Assembly: GCA_036351155.1 (NCBI GenBank)
Contig: JAZBOO010000099.1
Location: 947 to 64,946 of the forward strand
DNA from: Candidatus Krumholzibacteriia bacterium
GTDB lineage: Bacteria; Krumholzibacteriota; Krumholzibacteriia; LZORAL124-64-63
DNA: 64,000 nt
Direction: 5' to 3'
Part shown: piece by piece, positions 40,534-52,670 of the stretch
Position numbering within the stretch: the stretch's first letter is position 1
Layout of the letters: every line of letters begins with the position of its first letter
Position numbers and translations under genes: made by a program
The notes under the pieces: generated by a model
Seen by the model: the letters and a program-made list of their open reading frames with translations, nothing else
What the model was told of the DNA's origin: nothing
Databases searched by the model: none

Positions 40534-41903
40534 CCTTGCCGGTAAATACTCAGGCCCTTGATGTTCACGAACTCCCGCAGTCCAAAATGGGACAGCTCCC
40601 GGCCCAGGCCGCTTTTCTTGATGCCCCCGAAAGGCATGCGCGGATCGCTCTTGACGATGCTGTTGACGAAGGCCGTGCCCACCTCCAGCTGACGGGCCAC
40701 TCTCTCTCCCCTTTCCAGATCGGCCGTCCACACACTGCCGCCGAGGCCGAACTCGGAAGCGTTCGCCACGGCGACGGCCTCGGCTTCATCTTCCACCACG
40801 ATGATCGGGGCGATGGGGCCGAACACCTCTTCCCGCACAATCCTCATGTCCGCGCTGGTGTTGCCGACCACCGTGGGCGGAAAAAAGCACCCTGGTCGAT
40901 TCAAACGCGCCCCGCCACACAGAACCTGACCGCCTCTGGCCACGGCATCGTCCAGCTGTTCTTGCAGGGTGGCCATCTCCTGCTCGTTGACCACCGCCCC
41001 GATCTGGTTGTCGGGGTTCAGAGGGTCGCCCACCTTCAATGCGCCCATCAACCCGGCAAACCGCTCGGAAAAAGCTCCGGCCACTTCCCGGACCACGATG
41101 AAGCGCTTGGCCGCGATACAGCTTTGCCCGGTGCACAGCGTGCGTCCGGTCACCGCGCCACGGGCGGCAAATTCGATGTCCGCATCCTCCAGGACGATGA
41201 ACGGGTCGCTGCCCCCCAGCTCCAGCACCACCTTTTTCAAGTGGCGGCCGGCCAGCTCGGCCATCCGTTGTCCCACCGCGGTGGATCCGGTCAGCGAGAC
41301 ACCCTGGATCTCGTCGCGACCGATCACCTCGGCCACCGTCTGATGATCGGCCAGGATGGTCCGGAAAACATGGGAAGGGAATCCCGCCTCGGCGAAGGCG
41401 CTTTCGATGGCCAGGGCGCAGCCGGTCACGTTGCTGGCGTGCTTGAGGATGCTGGTGTTGCCCGCCGCCAGGGTGGGCACGGCGAAGCGCAGGGCCTGCC
41501 AGAACGGATAGTTCCAGGGCATGACCGAGAGCACCACGCCCAGCGGCTGATAGGTCACCCGGTGCCACAGGCCATCGGCCTCGACCTGCTCGTCCTCGAG
41601 CCAGCCGGGAGCGTGCTCGGCGTAGAACTCACATAGCCAGGCGCACTTTTCCACCTCGGCCCGGGCCTCAGCGATGGGCTTGCCCATCTCCCGGGTCATC
41701 AGGCGGGCATAGGAGTCGGTCTGCATGCGCAGCACCCGGGCCAGATTCCCCACCAGCTGGGCCCGCTCCTGCGCCGGGATCTGACGCCAGGATTGATAGG
41801 CCTGATGCGCCTGTTCCACCACCTGGAACACGGCCGGCGGCGGCATGACGTCATAGGTGGCGAGAGTTTCTCCGGTGGCGGGATTGGTGGTGACGATTTC
41901 CAT
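40530..41903 (-). CDS. NAD(P)-dependent aldehyde dehydrogenase (succinate-semialdehyde dehydrogenase-like)
   Basis: 457 aa; ALDH family blocks throughout (FTGSTAVGQRM, ELGGSDPFIVLEDAD, catalytic Cys in LCTGQSCIAAKRF). Confidence 0.85.
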   Translation of the reverse strand: MEIVTTNPATGETLATYDVMPPPAVFQVVEQAHQAYQSWRQIPAQERAQLVGNLARVLRMQTDSYARLMTREMGKPIAEARAEVEKCAWLCEFYAEHAPGWLEDEQVEADGLWHRVTYQPLGVVLSVMPWNYPFWQALRFAVPTLAAGNTSILKHASNVTGCALAIESAFAEAGFPSHVFRTILADHQTVAEVIGRDEIQGVSLTGSTAVGQRMAELAGRHLKKVVLELGGSDPFIVLEDADIEFAARGAVTGRTLCTGQSCIAAKRFIVVREVAGAFSERFAGLMGALKVGDPLNPDNQIGAVVNEQEMATLQEQLDDAVARGGQVLCGGARLNRPGCFFPPTVVGNTSADMRIVREEVFGPIAPIIVVEDEAEAVAVANASEFGLGGSVWTADLERGERVARQLEVGTAFVNSIVKSDPRMPFGGIKKSGLGRELSHFGLREFVNIKGLSIYRQG

Positions 41904-41925
41904 GGCACTCTCCCTGGCTGGACCA

Positions 41926-41956
41926 AACAGAAAAGGCCGGGCCTGAGGCCCGGCCC
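41926..41956 (-). terminator. Rho-independent terminator at the end of the nuo operon (after nuoN)
   Basis: Reverse-strand RNA: GGCCGGGCC-uca-GGCCCGGCC 9-bp stem followed by UUUUCUGUUU. Lies ~20-50 nt downstream of the nuoN stop and only ~22 nt upstream of the ALDH start codon. Confidence 0.7.
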
Positions 41957-41974
41957 ACCATCACATTCTCGTCT

Positions 41975-43488
41975 TTAAAAAGTGATCCCCAGGAACACCC
42001 GCGCCGCCGCCTGATAGAAGGCTTGCGGCTGGACGCCCATGTAGATCACCAGCAGGATCAACACCGAGGAGGTGACCACGGACACCCACTCCGTGCCATG
42101 GTAGCTGTCCTCTTCGGCGGGCTTCATGTACATGACCACGATGACCCGCAGGTAATAATAGACCGAGATCAGAGAGTTGATCACACCCAGGATGGCCAGG
42201 GGAATCAAGCCCGCGCGCACCACGGCCTCGAACAGGTAGAACTTGCCCATGAACCCGACGAAGGGTGGAATCCCCGCCAGCGACAGCATGGCCACGGCCA
42301 TGGAAGCGGCGGCCATGGGGCGGGTACGGCTCAGACCGGCATACCGGTTGATGTCCTCACCCTCCTCTCCCTTGTTGTGGCTGAGGATGTTGACCAGTCC
42401 GAAGGCGGCCAGGTTCATCAAGCTGTACCCGACCAGGTAGAAAAGAATGGCCGCACCCGAGGAGATCCCGATCTCCTTGGCCCGCATCATCATGTCGGAA
42501 CCGCCGGTGGCCGGCGAGATCATGGCCAGCACACCCAGCAACAGATACCCGGCGTGGGCAATGCTGGACCAGGCCAGCATGCGCTTGATGTTGTTCTGAG
42601 CCAGGGCCACCAGGTTGCCGGTGAACATGGTCAAAACGGCAAACACCGACAGCACGGGAAACCAGGCGAAGGCCAGCTGGGGCTGCATCAGGATGGCGAA
42701 GCGTACCAGGATGGCAAAGCCCGCCGCCTTGATGGCTGTGGCCATGAAGCCGGTCACGTAGGCCGGGGCGCCATCGTACACATCGGGCGTCCACATGTGG
42801 AAGGGCACCATGGCCACCTTGAACCCGAAGCCCACCAGCATCAGAGCGCTGCCCAGTCCCACCAGCAGAACATCTATTTCCCCGGCGTCCAGGGCGGTGG
42901 CGATGGCATTGAAGCCCGTGCCACCGGCAAACCCGTACAGCAGAGCCATGCCCATGAGCAGGAAGGCCGAGCTGAAGCCCCCGAGGATCAGATACTTGAA
43001 GCCTGCCTCGCTGCTGCGGATGTTGCCGCGCACTCCACCGACCAGGATGTAAGTGGCCAGACTCATGGTTTCCAGCCCCAGGAACAGCGTCATCAGATCG
43101 TTCGCCGCCGCCAGAACCATCATGCCCAGAATGGTGAACAGGATCAGGGGATAGAACTCGGGCCGGTAGTCGCCCTCCCGGTCGTACACCCCGGTGGCGA
43201 AGATGATCGTCATCACGCCGATCCCGCAGAACAGGAAGTTGAAGAAGCGGGTGAAATCACTGGTGATCATCATCCCGTTCAGCAGCTGAGTGTCGGACTG
43301 GTCGCCGATGATCTGGACCACCACCGCCCCGATGAGGACGAACATGGCCAGGTAGGACAGATGGTCCTTCTTGAGTGTGCGGACAAAAGCGTCCACGAGC
43401 ATGATCAGCAGACCGCCCCCCGCCACGATCAGGTAGGGCAACAGGGGCCCGACCTGGGATCCAAGCTGGGGAATGAGAATATCGTTCA

Positions 43489-43489
<1 letters not shown>
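41975..43489 (-). CDS. nuoN: NADH-quinone oxidoreductase subunit N
   Basis: Track ORF 41975..43777. The real start is the internal ATG 43489 (MNDILIPQLGSQVGPLLPYLIVAGGGLLIM), overlapping the nuoM stop (TGATG). 14-TM antiporter-like subunit. Confidence 0.9.
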
Positions 43490-45066
<1,577 letters not shown>

Positions 45067-45078
45067 ACCAGCGCCCTC

Positions 45079-47106
45079 CTAGCCCGAGAAACTGAGGTAA
45101 AGAACGTAAACCGTCACACCGATGGTGAACGACCAGGCGTAAAAACGAATCATCCCGTTCTGGAAGATCCTGATGACCGAACCAAAAATGGCCACGGTCA
45201 GCGCGGAGCCGTTGACCAGCAGACCATCGATCAATCCCGCATCGATCCCCTTCCACAGGACATTCTTGCTGAAGGCAAAGCCGGGACGGATGAAGGCGCC
45301 GTCGTAGGCCTCGTCGACGTAGTACTTGTTCAGCAGAATGCGGTGTAGCCAGCCTCCGCCCAGATTGCGGACGCTTTCGGCCACATCGGTCTTTTTCATG
45401 TACACGAAGTAACCGAGAGCAAGGCCCAGCAGGCCCCACAGCAGGCTGGCGCCTGCGAGGATCCACTCCATGGTGGTGTCGTGCCCTGCGGCGTGAGCCG
45501 TCTCATGGACCGCGGCGGCACCGTGACCGGCCGCCTGGACCACATCGTGGGCCCCGTGGGCCGCCGCTCCGTGCGCGGAGGCAAACACCGGTTCCAGCCA
45601 GGCTTCGAACCAGTTGGCGCCCCCCATGAAGTGAGGCCAGCCAATCCAGCCACCGACCACCGACAGCACCGCCAGGATCACCAGCGGCATGGTCATGGTC
45701 CAGGGCGACTCGTGAATGTGGCTCTGCACCTCGGGAGTGGCTCGGTTCTGACCGAAGAAGGTCAGGACCACCAGGCGCATCATGTAGAAGGCGGTCATGC
45801 CGGCCGCCAGGAAACCGATGACCCAGGGCAACACCCCTCCCCCGGCGCTGCTGAAGGTTTTCCACAGGATTTCATCCTTGCTGAAGAACCCGGCCAGAGG
45901 AAACACCCCGGCGATGGCGAAGGTGCCGGCCAGGAAGGTCCAGAAGGTGACAGGCAGTTTCTTGCGCAGCCCGCCCATGACCCGCATGTCCTGCTCGTTG
46001 CTCATGGCGTGGATCACCGATCCGCTCCCCAGGAACAGCAGGGCCTTGAAGAAGGCGTGGGTCATGACGTGGAAGATCCCCGCGGCAAACGCCCCCACCC
46101 CGCAGGCGAGCATCATGTAGCCCAGCTGCGAGACGGTGGAATAGGCCAGGACCTTCTTGATGTCGTTCTGGGTCAGGGCGATGGTCGACGCAAAGAATGC
46201 CGTGGCCACCCCGATGGCAGCAACCACCGCCATGGCGGTGGGGGTCAGCACGAACAGGAAGTTCATGCGGGCGACCATGTACACACCTGCGGTGACCATG
46301 GTGGCCGCGTGGATCAGGGCGCTGACGGGGGTCGGACCGGCCATGGCATCGGGCAGCCAGATGTACAGCGGGATCTGGGCCGACTTGCCGGTGGCTCCCA
46401 CGAAAAGCAGGAGGCAGATGGCCGTGGCCGCAGGGGCCAGGAAATTCACGTGGTGCTGCATGGTCTGGAAGCTGAAGACGCCCTCGCTGCCGTCCATGTG
46501 GGGCAGCAGGTGCACGCCGATCAGGAAGATGCCCAGCAGGAACCCGAAGTCACCCACCCGGTTGACGATGAAGGCTTTCTTGCCGGCGGCGGCATTGGCC
46601 TCGTCGGTGAACCAGAAAGCAATCAGCAGATATGAGCAGAGCCCCACACCTTCCCAGCCCACGAACAGCATCAGCAGGTTTTCGCCCAGCACCAGGGTCA
46701 TCATGGCAAAGATGAACAGGTTCAGATACGTGAAGAATCTCTGGAAACCGGCATCATGCGCCATGTAGCCCAGGGAATAGATGTGGATCAGAAAGCCCAC
46801 CCCGGTCACGACCAGGGCCATGACGCCACTCAGCGGATCCATGGCAAAGGCCAGGTCCACGCGGAACGAGCCCAGGCTCATCCAGGTGGCCACCGTGTCG
46901 GACACGAACCGGGCCTCGACGGGCATGTTGGTCAGCCGCAGGAAAACCACCACGGACATGACGAAGGACACACCGACCGCAGCGCAGGCCAGCAGCCCCG
47001 CCGCCTGCCTGGGCAGACGTCGGTTGAGCAGGCCGTTGAGCGCGGCCCCCAACAGGGGCACCAGCACGATCCATCTCAACAGGATTTCAGTTGCGTGGTT
47101 CTCCAC
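45079..47106 (-). CDS. nuoL: NADH-quinone oxidoreductase subunit L
   Basis: 675 aa; MENHATEILLRWIVLVPLLGAALNGLL..., with the long C-terminal helix region. Confidence 0.9.
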   Translation of the reverse strand: MENHATEILLRWIVLVPLLGAALNGLLNRRLPRQAAGLLACAAVGVSFVMSVVVFLRLTNMPVEARFVSDTVATWMSLGSFRVDLAFAMDPLSGVMALVVTGVGFLIHIYSLGYMAHDAGFQRFFTYLNLFIFAMMTLVLGENLLMLFVGWEGVGLCSYLLIAFWFTDEANAAAGKKAFIVNRVGDFGFLLGIFLIGVHLLPHMDGSEGVFSFQTMQHHVNFLAPAATAICLLLFVGATGKSAQIPLYIWLPDAMAGPTPVSALIHAATMVTAGVYMVARMNFLFVLTPTAMAVVAAIGVATAFFASTIALTQNDIKKVLAYSTVSQLGYMMLACGVGAFAAGIFHVMTHAFFKALLFLGSGSVIHAMSNEQDMRVMGGLRKKLPVTFWTFLAGTFAIAGVFPLAGFFSKDEILWKTFSSAGGGVLPWVIGFLAAGMTAFYMMRLVVLTFFGQNRATPEVQSHIHESPWTMTMPLVILAVLSVVGGWIGWPHFMGGANWFEAWLEPVFASAHGAAAHGAHDVVQAAGHGAAAVHETAHAAGHDTTMEWILAGASLLWGLLGLALGYFVYMKKTDVAESVRNLGGGWLHRILLNKYYVDEAYDGAFIRPGFAFSKNVLWKGIDAGLIDGLLVNGSALTVAIFGSVIRIFQNGMIRFYAWSFTIGVTVYVLYLSFSG

Positions 47107-47110
47107 TGCA

Positions 47111-47416
47111 CTACTCCATCAGGGCTTTGAGGTCATCGACGTTCACGGTGCGGCGACGGCGGAAAATCTCCACCAGGATGGCCAGACCGATGGCTGCCTC
47201 GGCGGCGGCGACGGCAAAATTCATCAGCACGAAAACGTGCCCGCCGGCATCACCGTGGTGACGGCTGAAGGCGGCAAAAACGATGTTCACCGAGCTGAGC
47301 ATGAGCTCGACGCACATCATCATGACGATGGCGTTGCGGCGCACGATGAACCCCACCATACCGGTCAGAAAGACGGCGGCGGCCAGCACCAGGTAATGAG
47401 TCAGGGTTACTTCCAC
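47111..47416 (-). CDS. nuoK: NADH-quinone oxidoreductase subunit K
   Basis: 101 aa; MEVTLTHYLVLAAAVFLTGMVGFIVRRNAIVMMMCVELMLSSVNI. Confidence 0.9.
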   Translation of the reverse strand: MEVTLTHYLVLAAAVFLTGMVGFIVRRNAIVMMMCVELMLSSVNIVFAAFSRHHGDAGGHVFVLMNFAVAAAEAAIGLAILVEIFRRRRTVNVDDLKALME

Positions 47417-47922
47417 GGCAGCTTCCTCTCTCCCTTGCCGATGGCCAGGGCTCCGATGATGGCCACCAGAAGCACGATCGAAATCAGTTCAAAAGCGAGC
47501 AAGTACTTGCCCAGCAACAACCTGGACACCCATTCCGCACTGCCAAATCCTGGCTCGACTGCCTGGGCGAAATGTCGGGTTCCGTTGTTCTTGATCCAGC
47601 CCACCACCATGAGCACCACCGCCAGCGGGGGAATGGCGATCAGGGGCAGCAATCCCTTGTTGAGGGGCTTGCGTTCACCCTCGAGGACCGGGCCCTGCAG
47701 CATCATGATCACGAACAGGAACAGCACCATGATGGCCCCGGCATAGACCAGGATCTGCATGACGGCCAGGAAAGGCGCATTCAGCAGGGCGAAGATTCCG
47801 GCGGCACAGATGAAGGAAAACGCCAACCAGACGGCACCGACCACGGCGCTGCGTTGCGTCACCATCATCACTCCGCCCAGGAACATCAGAGTTCCCAGGA
47901 ACCAGAACAGAAAACCTTCCAT
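47407..47922 (-). CDS. nuoJ: NADH-quinone oxidoreductase subunit J
   Basis: 171 aa; MEGFLFWFLGTLMFLGGVMMVTQRSAV...; overlaps nuoK by 10 nt. Confidence 0.85.
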   Translation of the reverse strand: MEGFLFWFLGTLMFLGGVMMVTQRSAVVGAVWLAFSFICAAGIFALLNAPFLAVMQILVYAGAIMVLFLFVIMMLQGPVLEGERKPLNKGLLPLIAIPPLAVVLMVVGWIKNNGTRHFAQAVEPGFGSAEWVSRLLLGKYLLAFELISIVLLVAIIGALAIGKGERKLPWK

Positions 47923-47955
47923 GTCCAGTCCATCCCACTTTCGCTCAGGCGAAAT

Positions 47956-48483
47956 TCAATAGGTCCCGTCGGTCTTGTTGTTCAACAGGAAGTCCTTGTC
48001 GACAATGAATTTTTCGCGGCTGTCCGCGGCGATCTCGTAAATGCCCGTGTCCATGCGGATGGCATCGCAGGGACAGGCTTCCTCACACAACCCGCAGTAC
48101 ACGCAGCGCAGCAGGTCGATGACGAAGGTCTCGGGATACTTTTCGATGGCCGGATCCGGATGCTCCGCCCCATCGATGAAGATGCAATCGGCCGGACACA
48201 CGGTCGAGCACATCTGGCAGGCCACGCACTTGGGTGTGCCGTCCTCGCGCTGGGTCAACCGGTGACGCCCGCGGAAACGGTCGCTGTACACCCGCTTTTC
48301 CTCGGGATACTGCATGGTGGGCATGGCATCGGTGTGGAAGATGTTCCTCACCAGATGGCGCATGGTCACGGCCAGCCCCTTGAAGATCTCCGGGAAGTAC
48401 AGGGACTCCAGGAACGAGGTCTTCTTGCTGGTGGCCTCTTTGGGCAGTCCTTCGAAACTCATATCTATCCTCGCATCGCGCAA
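47956..48483 (-). CDS. nuoI: NADH-quinone oxidoreductase subunit I (2x[4Fe-4S] ferredoxin-like)
   Basis: 175 aa; CVACQMCSTVCPADCI and CVYCGLCEEACPCDAI cluster motifs. Confidence 0.9.
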   Translation of the reverse strand: MRDARIDMSFEGLPKEATSKKTSFLESLYFPEIFKGLAVTMRHLVRNIFHTDAMPTMQYPEEKRVYSDRFRGRHRLTQREDGTPKCVACQMCSTVCPADCIFIDGAEHPDPAIEKYPETFVIDLLRCVYCGLCEEACPCDAIRMDTGIYEIAADSREKFIVDKDFLLNNKTDGTY

Positions 48484-48541
48484 GTTACCGCCGGCTCGGC
48501 CGGCGTTGTCGGCATTTCAGACCAGATCAAGCCCAGCTGTT

Positions 48542-49813
48542 TCAAATCAAGGCCATCACAATGGCCGTGCCCACCAGGTTGGCAATCCCCAGGGGCAACA
48601 TGACCTTCCAGCCCAGGTGCATGAGCTGGTCATAACGGAACCGGGGCAGAGTCCACCTGACCCAGATGAAAAGCCAGGCAAAGAGCACCACCTTGAACAC
48701 GAACATGCCCACCTGGGCCAGGCTGGCAAACAGGGAGGCTCCCACGGGACCAACATTCCAGGGCTGCAGCGTCAAGCACGCCAGGCATCCCACTCCGATC
48801 AGCAGCCAGAGGCCGCCGCCGAGTCCGGGTTCACGATCCCGGGCATCGCCAAACTTTCCTTTTTCGTGCTGAGCGCGGCGGAAGAACAGAGCCGAGAAGA
48901 GCAGGGACACGATGGCCCCGCCGATCAGCTTGGCCGTCAGCAGTGAGCCCGCGTTGGCTTCAAGCACCGCCCGGGGTGCCCAGGGAATCTGGTAGCCACC
49001 GAAATAGAAGGTGGCAATCAAGGCCGCGCCCACCACCATGTGGGCGTACTCGGCCATGAAGAACAGAGCGAATTTCATGGACGAGTATTCCAGGTGGAAT
49101 CCGGCCACGATCTCGGACTCCCCTTCGGGCAAATCGAAGGGGTTACGATTGGTTTCTGCGTAAACCGCCGCCAGGAACAGGAAGAATCCCAGAGGCTGCA
49201 CCACGATGCCCCACTTGGGAATCACACCCCAGAGCAGTTCCCCTTGACCGGCGGCGATATCGGTCAGCCGCAGGCTGGAAAACACCATCACCAGCCCCAT
49301 CAGGGCCAGTCCCATGGTGATCTCGTAGCTGATCATCTGGGCCGTGGCCCGAATGCCGCCCAGGAAGGTGAACTTGTTGTTGGCCGCCCAGCCCGCCATG
49401 ACCACTCCGTAGGTGCCCAGACTGGCGATGGCCAGGATGTACAGCAGGCCCACGTTCAGGTCGGCGATCACCAGGGGAATATCCCGTCCGCCGATGGTGA
49501 TGTAGTCCCCGAAGGGAATCACCGTGTAGGTGCTCATGGCCACGACCATGACCAGCCAGGGGGCCAGGTTGTACAGGGCCTTGTGCCGGTTCGCAGGCTG
49601 GATATCCTCCTTGAACAGGAGCTTGAACACATCGGCGATGGGGTGCACCAGACCGGCCAGCCTGACCCCCGCGATGGACGCACGGTTGGGACCGGTCCGG
49701 TCCTGAATGAAGGCGGCGCCCTTCCGTTCCATCCAGATCAGAACCACCACCATGCCCATGATCAGGGCAAACATGAAGCCGATCTTCGACAAGGCGTCAA
49801 ACACGATGGTCAT
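48542..49813 (-). CDS. nuoH: NADH-quinone oxidoreductase subunit H (with a ~70-aa extra hydrophobic insertion near the C-terminus)
   Basis: 423 aa; ERKGAAFIQDRTGPNRASIAGVRLAGLVHPIADVFKLLFKEDIQP is the classic NuoH/ND1 block. Longer than typical (~330-350 aa). Confidence 0.9.
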   Translation of the reverse strand: MTIVFDALSKIGFMFALIMGMVVVLIWMERKGAAFIQDRTGPNRASIAGVRLAGLVHPIADVFKLLFKEDIQPANRHKALYNLAPWLVMVVAMSTYTVIPFGDYITIGGRDIPLVIADLNVGLLYILAIASLGTYGVVMAGWAANNKFTFLGGIRATAQMISYEITMGLALMGLVMVFSSLRLTDIAAGQGELLWGVIPKWGIVVQPLGFFLFLAAVYAETNRNPFDLPEGESEIVAGFHLEYSSMKFALFFMAEYAHMVVGAALIATFYFGGYQIPWAPRAVLEANAGSLLTAKLIGGAIVSLLFSALFFRRAQHEKGKFGDARDREPGLGGGLWLLIGVGCLACLTLQPWNVGPVGASLFASLAQVGMFVFKVVLFAWLFIWVRWTLPRFRYDQLMHLGWKVMLPLGIANLVGTAIVMALI

Positions 49814-51366
49814 CAGACTTCACCTTCCTGATCCGTGCCGATCACCAGGCCCAGAGCGGGCAGTTTGTTCAAATCCAGGGCCGGGCCTTGGGCCAGGGTC
49901 TCGCCCAGTGCTTCCCGGACCGCCTTGAAGCTGCGGTACTCTTCGGGATTGCCCATCACCTCGGTCAGGATGCGCCAGTCCTCGCGCGCTGTCCCGGGCC
50001 GCGCCACGGCCAGCTTGAATTCCTGGAGCCGGTTCTGCTTGTTGACGAAGATGCCCGCCTTCTCCGCCCAGGCGGCACCGGGCACGGTCATCTCGGCCAC
50101 AGCGGCCGTGGCATTGGCGTGAGTGCCCAGGTAAACCACCTTCAGGTTCTCGAGGGCCGCCTTCAGATCCACATCCTCGGCCATATCGCCGCCGGCAATG
50201 AGCACCGTCCCCTGGACCTGCTTCAGTCGGGTGGCCAGCTCGGCCTTCCCCAGCTCGGCAATGTCCAGGAGCTTGAGCCCCGCCCGGTTGGGCGTCCGGT
50301 CGGTGGAAAGCAAGAGCTCGTCCCCGGTCCCCATACCGCTTTCGGCAGGACCAGCGCAGATGTTTCCGTCCGCATGGCGACGGGCCAGTTCCTTCAACAG
50401 GAACAGTTCTTCAAGGCTCTGGTAGGGACTGGCCACCACCAGGCCAAGCTGCCCGCTCCCCAGGAGCGTGGTCAGCTGCGCACCCGCTTCGCCCCAGGCC
50501 AGATCCTGGCCCTCGCGCTGCGGTGTCACCAGCCGCTTCTCATCGTGCACGGCCTTGTAGGTCATGCGCCCGAGGTCGCACATCCAGCTGCCGTTGACCT
50601 CGGGATTGCGCCGGGGTTTCAACCGGTAAATCCGCCCGACCTCGTGATCGATGCGGACGTTGCAACCCGTTGCACAACCGGGGCATACACCCTCGGCCGC
50701 CTTCAGCATCCACACCCGCTTCTGGAAACGGAAATCGCGGCTCGTCAGGGCCCCCACCGGGCAGATGTCCACGGTGTTCATGCTGTAATTGTTGTCCAGC
50801 TCCACACCGGGAGCGGTATCGATCTCGGCCCTGTCGCCCCGGTTGAAAATACCCAGCTCGCCGGTGCCGGTGACTTCTTCACAGAAGCGCACACAGCGAC
50901 TGCAGAGGACGCAGCGTTCCTGATCCAGGATCACATGGGGCCCGATCACCTTGGCCTTGATCTTGTTGACCTTGTCGTTGATCTCCACCTTGCTGTCGTA
51001 CAGACCGTACTGCATGTACTGGTCCTGCAGCCCGCACTCGCCGGCCTGATCGCAAATGGGGCAATCGACGGGGTGGTTGATCAGGTGCATCTCGAGCACC
51101 TGCTGATTGGCCCGGGAAACCCGTTCGTTTTTCGTGTGCACCACCATGCCGTCACGCACGAAGGTGTTGCAGGCGATGGTCAGCTTGGGCATGCCCTCCA
51201 CCTCGACCTGGCACAGACGGCACACGCCGGCCACCGACAGGTCGGGATGGTAGCAGAAATGGGGCAGCGGTTCGCCCCGGGCCTCGGTACAGGCGTCGAA
51301 GAGTCGGGTTCCGTCGGGAACCTCGATCTCCTGGCCGTCGATGGTCAATTTGGCCATTCGTGTCAC
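49813..51366 (-). CDS. nuoG: NADH-quinone oxidoreductase subunit G (short form, 517 aa)
   Basis: MAKLTIDGQEIEVPDGTRLFDACTEARGEPLPHFCYHPDLSVAGVCRLCQVEVEG and further Cys clusters (CPICDQAGEC, CVLCSRCVRFC, CPVGALT). Its start overlaps the nuoF stop. Confidence 0.85.
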   Translation of the reverse strand: MTRMAKLTIDGQEIEVPDGTRLFDACTEARGEPLPHFCYHPDLSVAGVCRLCQVEVEGMPKLTIACNTFVRDGMVVHTKNERVSRANQQVLEMHLINHPVDCPICDQAGECGLQDQYMQYGLYDSKVEINDKVNKIKAKVIGPHVILDQERCVLCSRCVRFCEEVTGTGELGIFNRGDRAEIDTAPGVELDNNYSMNTVDICPVGALTSRDFRFQKRVWMLKAAEGVCPGCATGCNVRIDHEVGRIYRLKPRRNPEVNGSWMCDLGRMTYKAVHDEKRLVTPQREGQDLAWGEAGAQLTTLLGSGQLGLVVASPYQSLEELFLLKELARRHADGNICAGPAESGMGTGDELLLSTDRTPNRAGLKLLDIAELGKAELATRLKQVQGTVLIAGGDMAEDVDLKAALENLKVVYLGTHANATAAVAEMTVPGAAWAEKAGIFVNKQNRLQEFKLAVARPGTAREDWRILTEVMGNPEEYRSFKAVREALGETLAQGPALDLNKLPALGLVIGTDQEGEV

Positions 51367-52667
51367 TCCTGCTCACCGCGGGGCCAGCGGGTCTGCGGGC
51401 CGGCGGTTGCGGTTTCCTGGATGAGGGCCTCGAATTCGGGGCGGAACTTGTCGATAAAGCTGCGCATGGGCATCACGGCGGCATCGGCCAGGGGGCAAAT
51501 GGTCAGGCCCATCATGCCGTTGCACACGTGCTCCAGGGTGTCGATGTCCTCGGCGGTGCCTTCACCACGACGCAGCTTCTTGACCAGCTTGTGCAACCAG
51601 CCGGTTCCTTCGCGGCAGGGCGTGCACTGACCGCAACTCTCGTCGAAATAGAAATGCATGAGCACCTGGATCAACTCGACCATGTCGCTGCTCTTGGGGA
51701 TGATGATCATGCCCCCGGAGCCCAGCATGGTGCCCGCCTGCTGGAGTGATTCGTAGTCGAGATTGCAGTTCATGATCTCGTCGGCCGGCAGCACCGGCAC
51801 GGACGACCCACCCACGATGACGGCCTTCAAATCCTCGCCGTCGGCCATGCCGCCCAGGTAGTCGTTGAAGAATTCGCGGAACGGGATGCCCAGGGGCACT
51901 TCATACACCCCGGGGTTTTTCACCGGGCCGCTGACGGACCACAGCTTGGTGCCGCAGCTTTTCTCGGTGCCGATGGCCTTGTAAGCCTCGGCCCCATGGG
52001 TGATGATCCAGGGCACGGCAGCCACCGACTCGACGTTGTTGACGATGGTGGGTTTGCCCAGAAATCCGGCCACCGCCGGGAAGGGCGGCTTGATGCTGGG
52101 TTGCCCCTTGAGCCCCTCCACCGAGTTGATGAGACCGGTTTCCTCGCCACAGATATAGGCCCCGGCTCCCTTGTGCACGATCATTTCCAGATCGTAACCG
52201 CTGCCCAGGATATTCTTGCCCAGGTAACCGGCGGCATAGGCCTCGTCCACGGCCTTCTGGACCCGATCGATCAGCCACCCGAACTCACCCCGGATGTAGA
52301 TGAAGGCCAGCTTGGCCCGCACCGCAAAGCAGCTGATGATGGTGCCCTCGATGGTCATGTGAGGGTCATAGTCCAGGCAGTACCGATCCTTGAACGTTCC
52401 GGGTTCGCTCTCGTCGGCGTTGACGAAGAAGTAGACTTCCTCGGCGTCCTTGGGCACGAAGCCCCACTTGACTCCGGTGGGGAAACCGGCCCCGCCACGG
52501 CCGCGCAGACCGGACTCCTTGACCACCTCGGTGACCTCGTCCGGCTGCATCTTGCCCAGAACGCTGCGCAGGGCCTGGTAGCCCCCTTCGTTCTCGTAGA
52601 CGGACAGCTTGTGCCCATCCTTGCGGCCGAAGCGCGCGGAGAGGATGCGATCGTCGTTCCTGCTCAC
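51363..52667 (-). CDS. nuoF: NADH-quinone oxidoreductase subunit F
   Basis: 434 aa; GRGGAGFPTGVKWGF, FMN/NADH site (YICGEETGLINSVEG) and the N3 cluster CGQCTPCREG. Confidence 0.95.
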   Translation of the reverse strand: MSRNDDRILSARFGRKDGHKLSVYENEGGYQALRSVLGKMQPDEVTEVVKESGLRGRGGAGFPTGVKWGFVPKDAEEVYFFVNADESEPGTFKDRYCLDYDPHMTIEGTIISCFAVRAKLAFIYIRGEFGWLIDRVQKAVDEAYAAGYLGKNILGSGYDLEMIVHKGAGAYICGEETGLINSVEGLKGQPSIKPPFPAVAGFLGKPTIVNNVESVAAVPWIITHGAEAYKAIGTEKSCGTKLWSVSGPVKNPGVYEVPLGIPFREFFNDYLGGMADGEDLKAVIVGGSSVPVLPADEIMNCNLDYESLQQAGTMLGSGGMIIIPKSSDMVELIQVLMHFYFDESCGQCTPCREGTGWLHKLVKKLRRGEGTAEDIDTLEHVCNGMMGLTICPLADAAVMPMRSFIDKFRPEFEALIQETATAGPQTRWPRGEQE

Positions 52668-52670
52668 CTT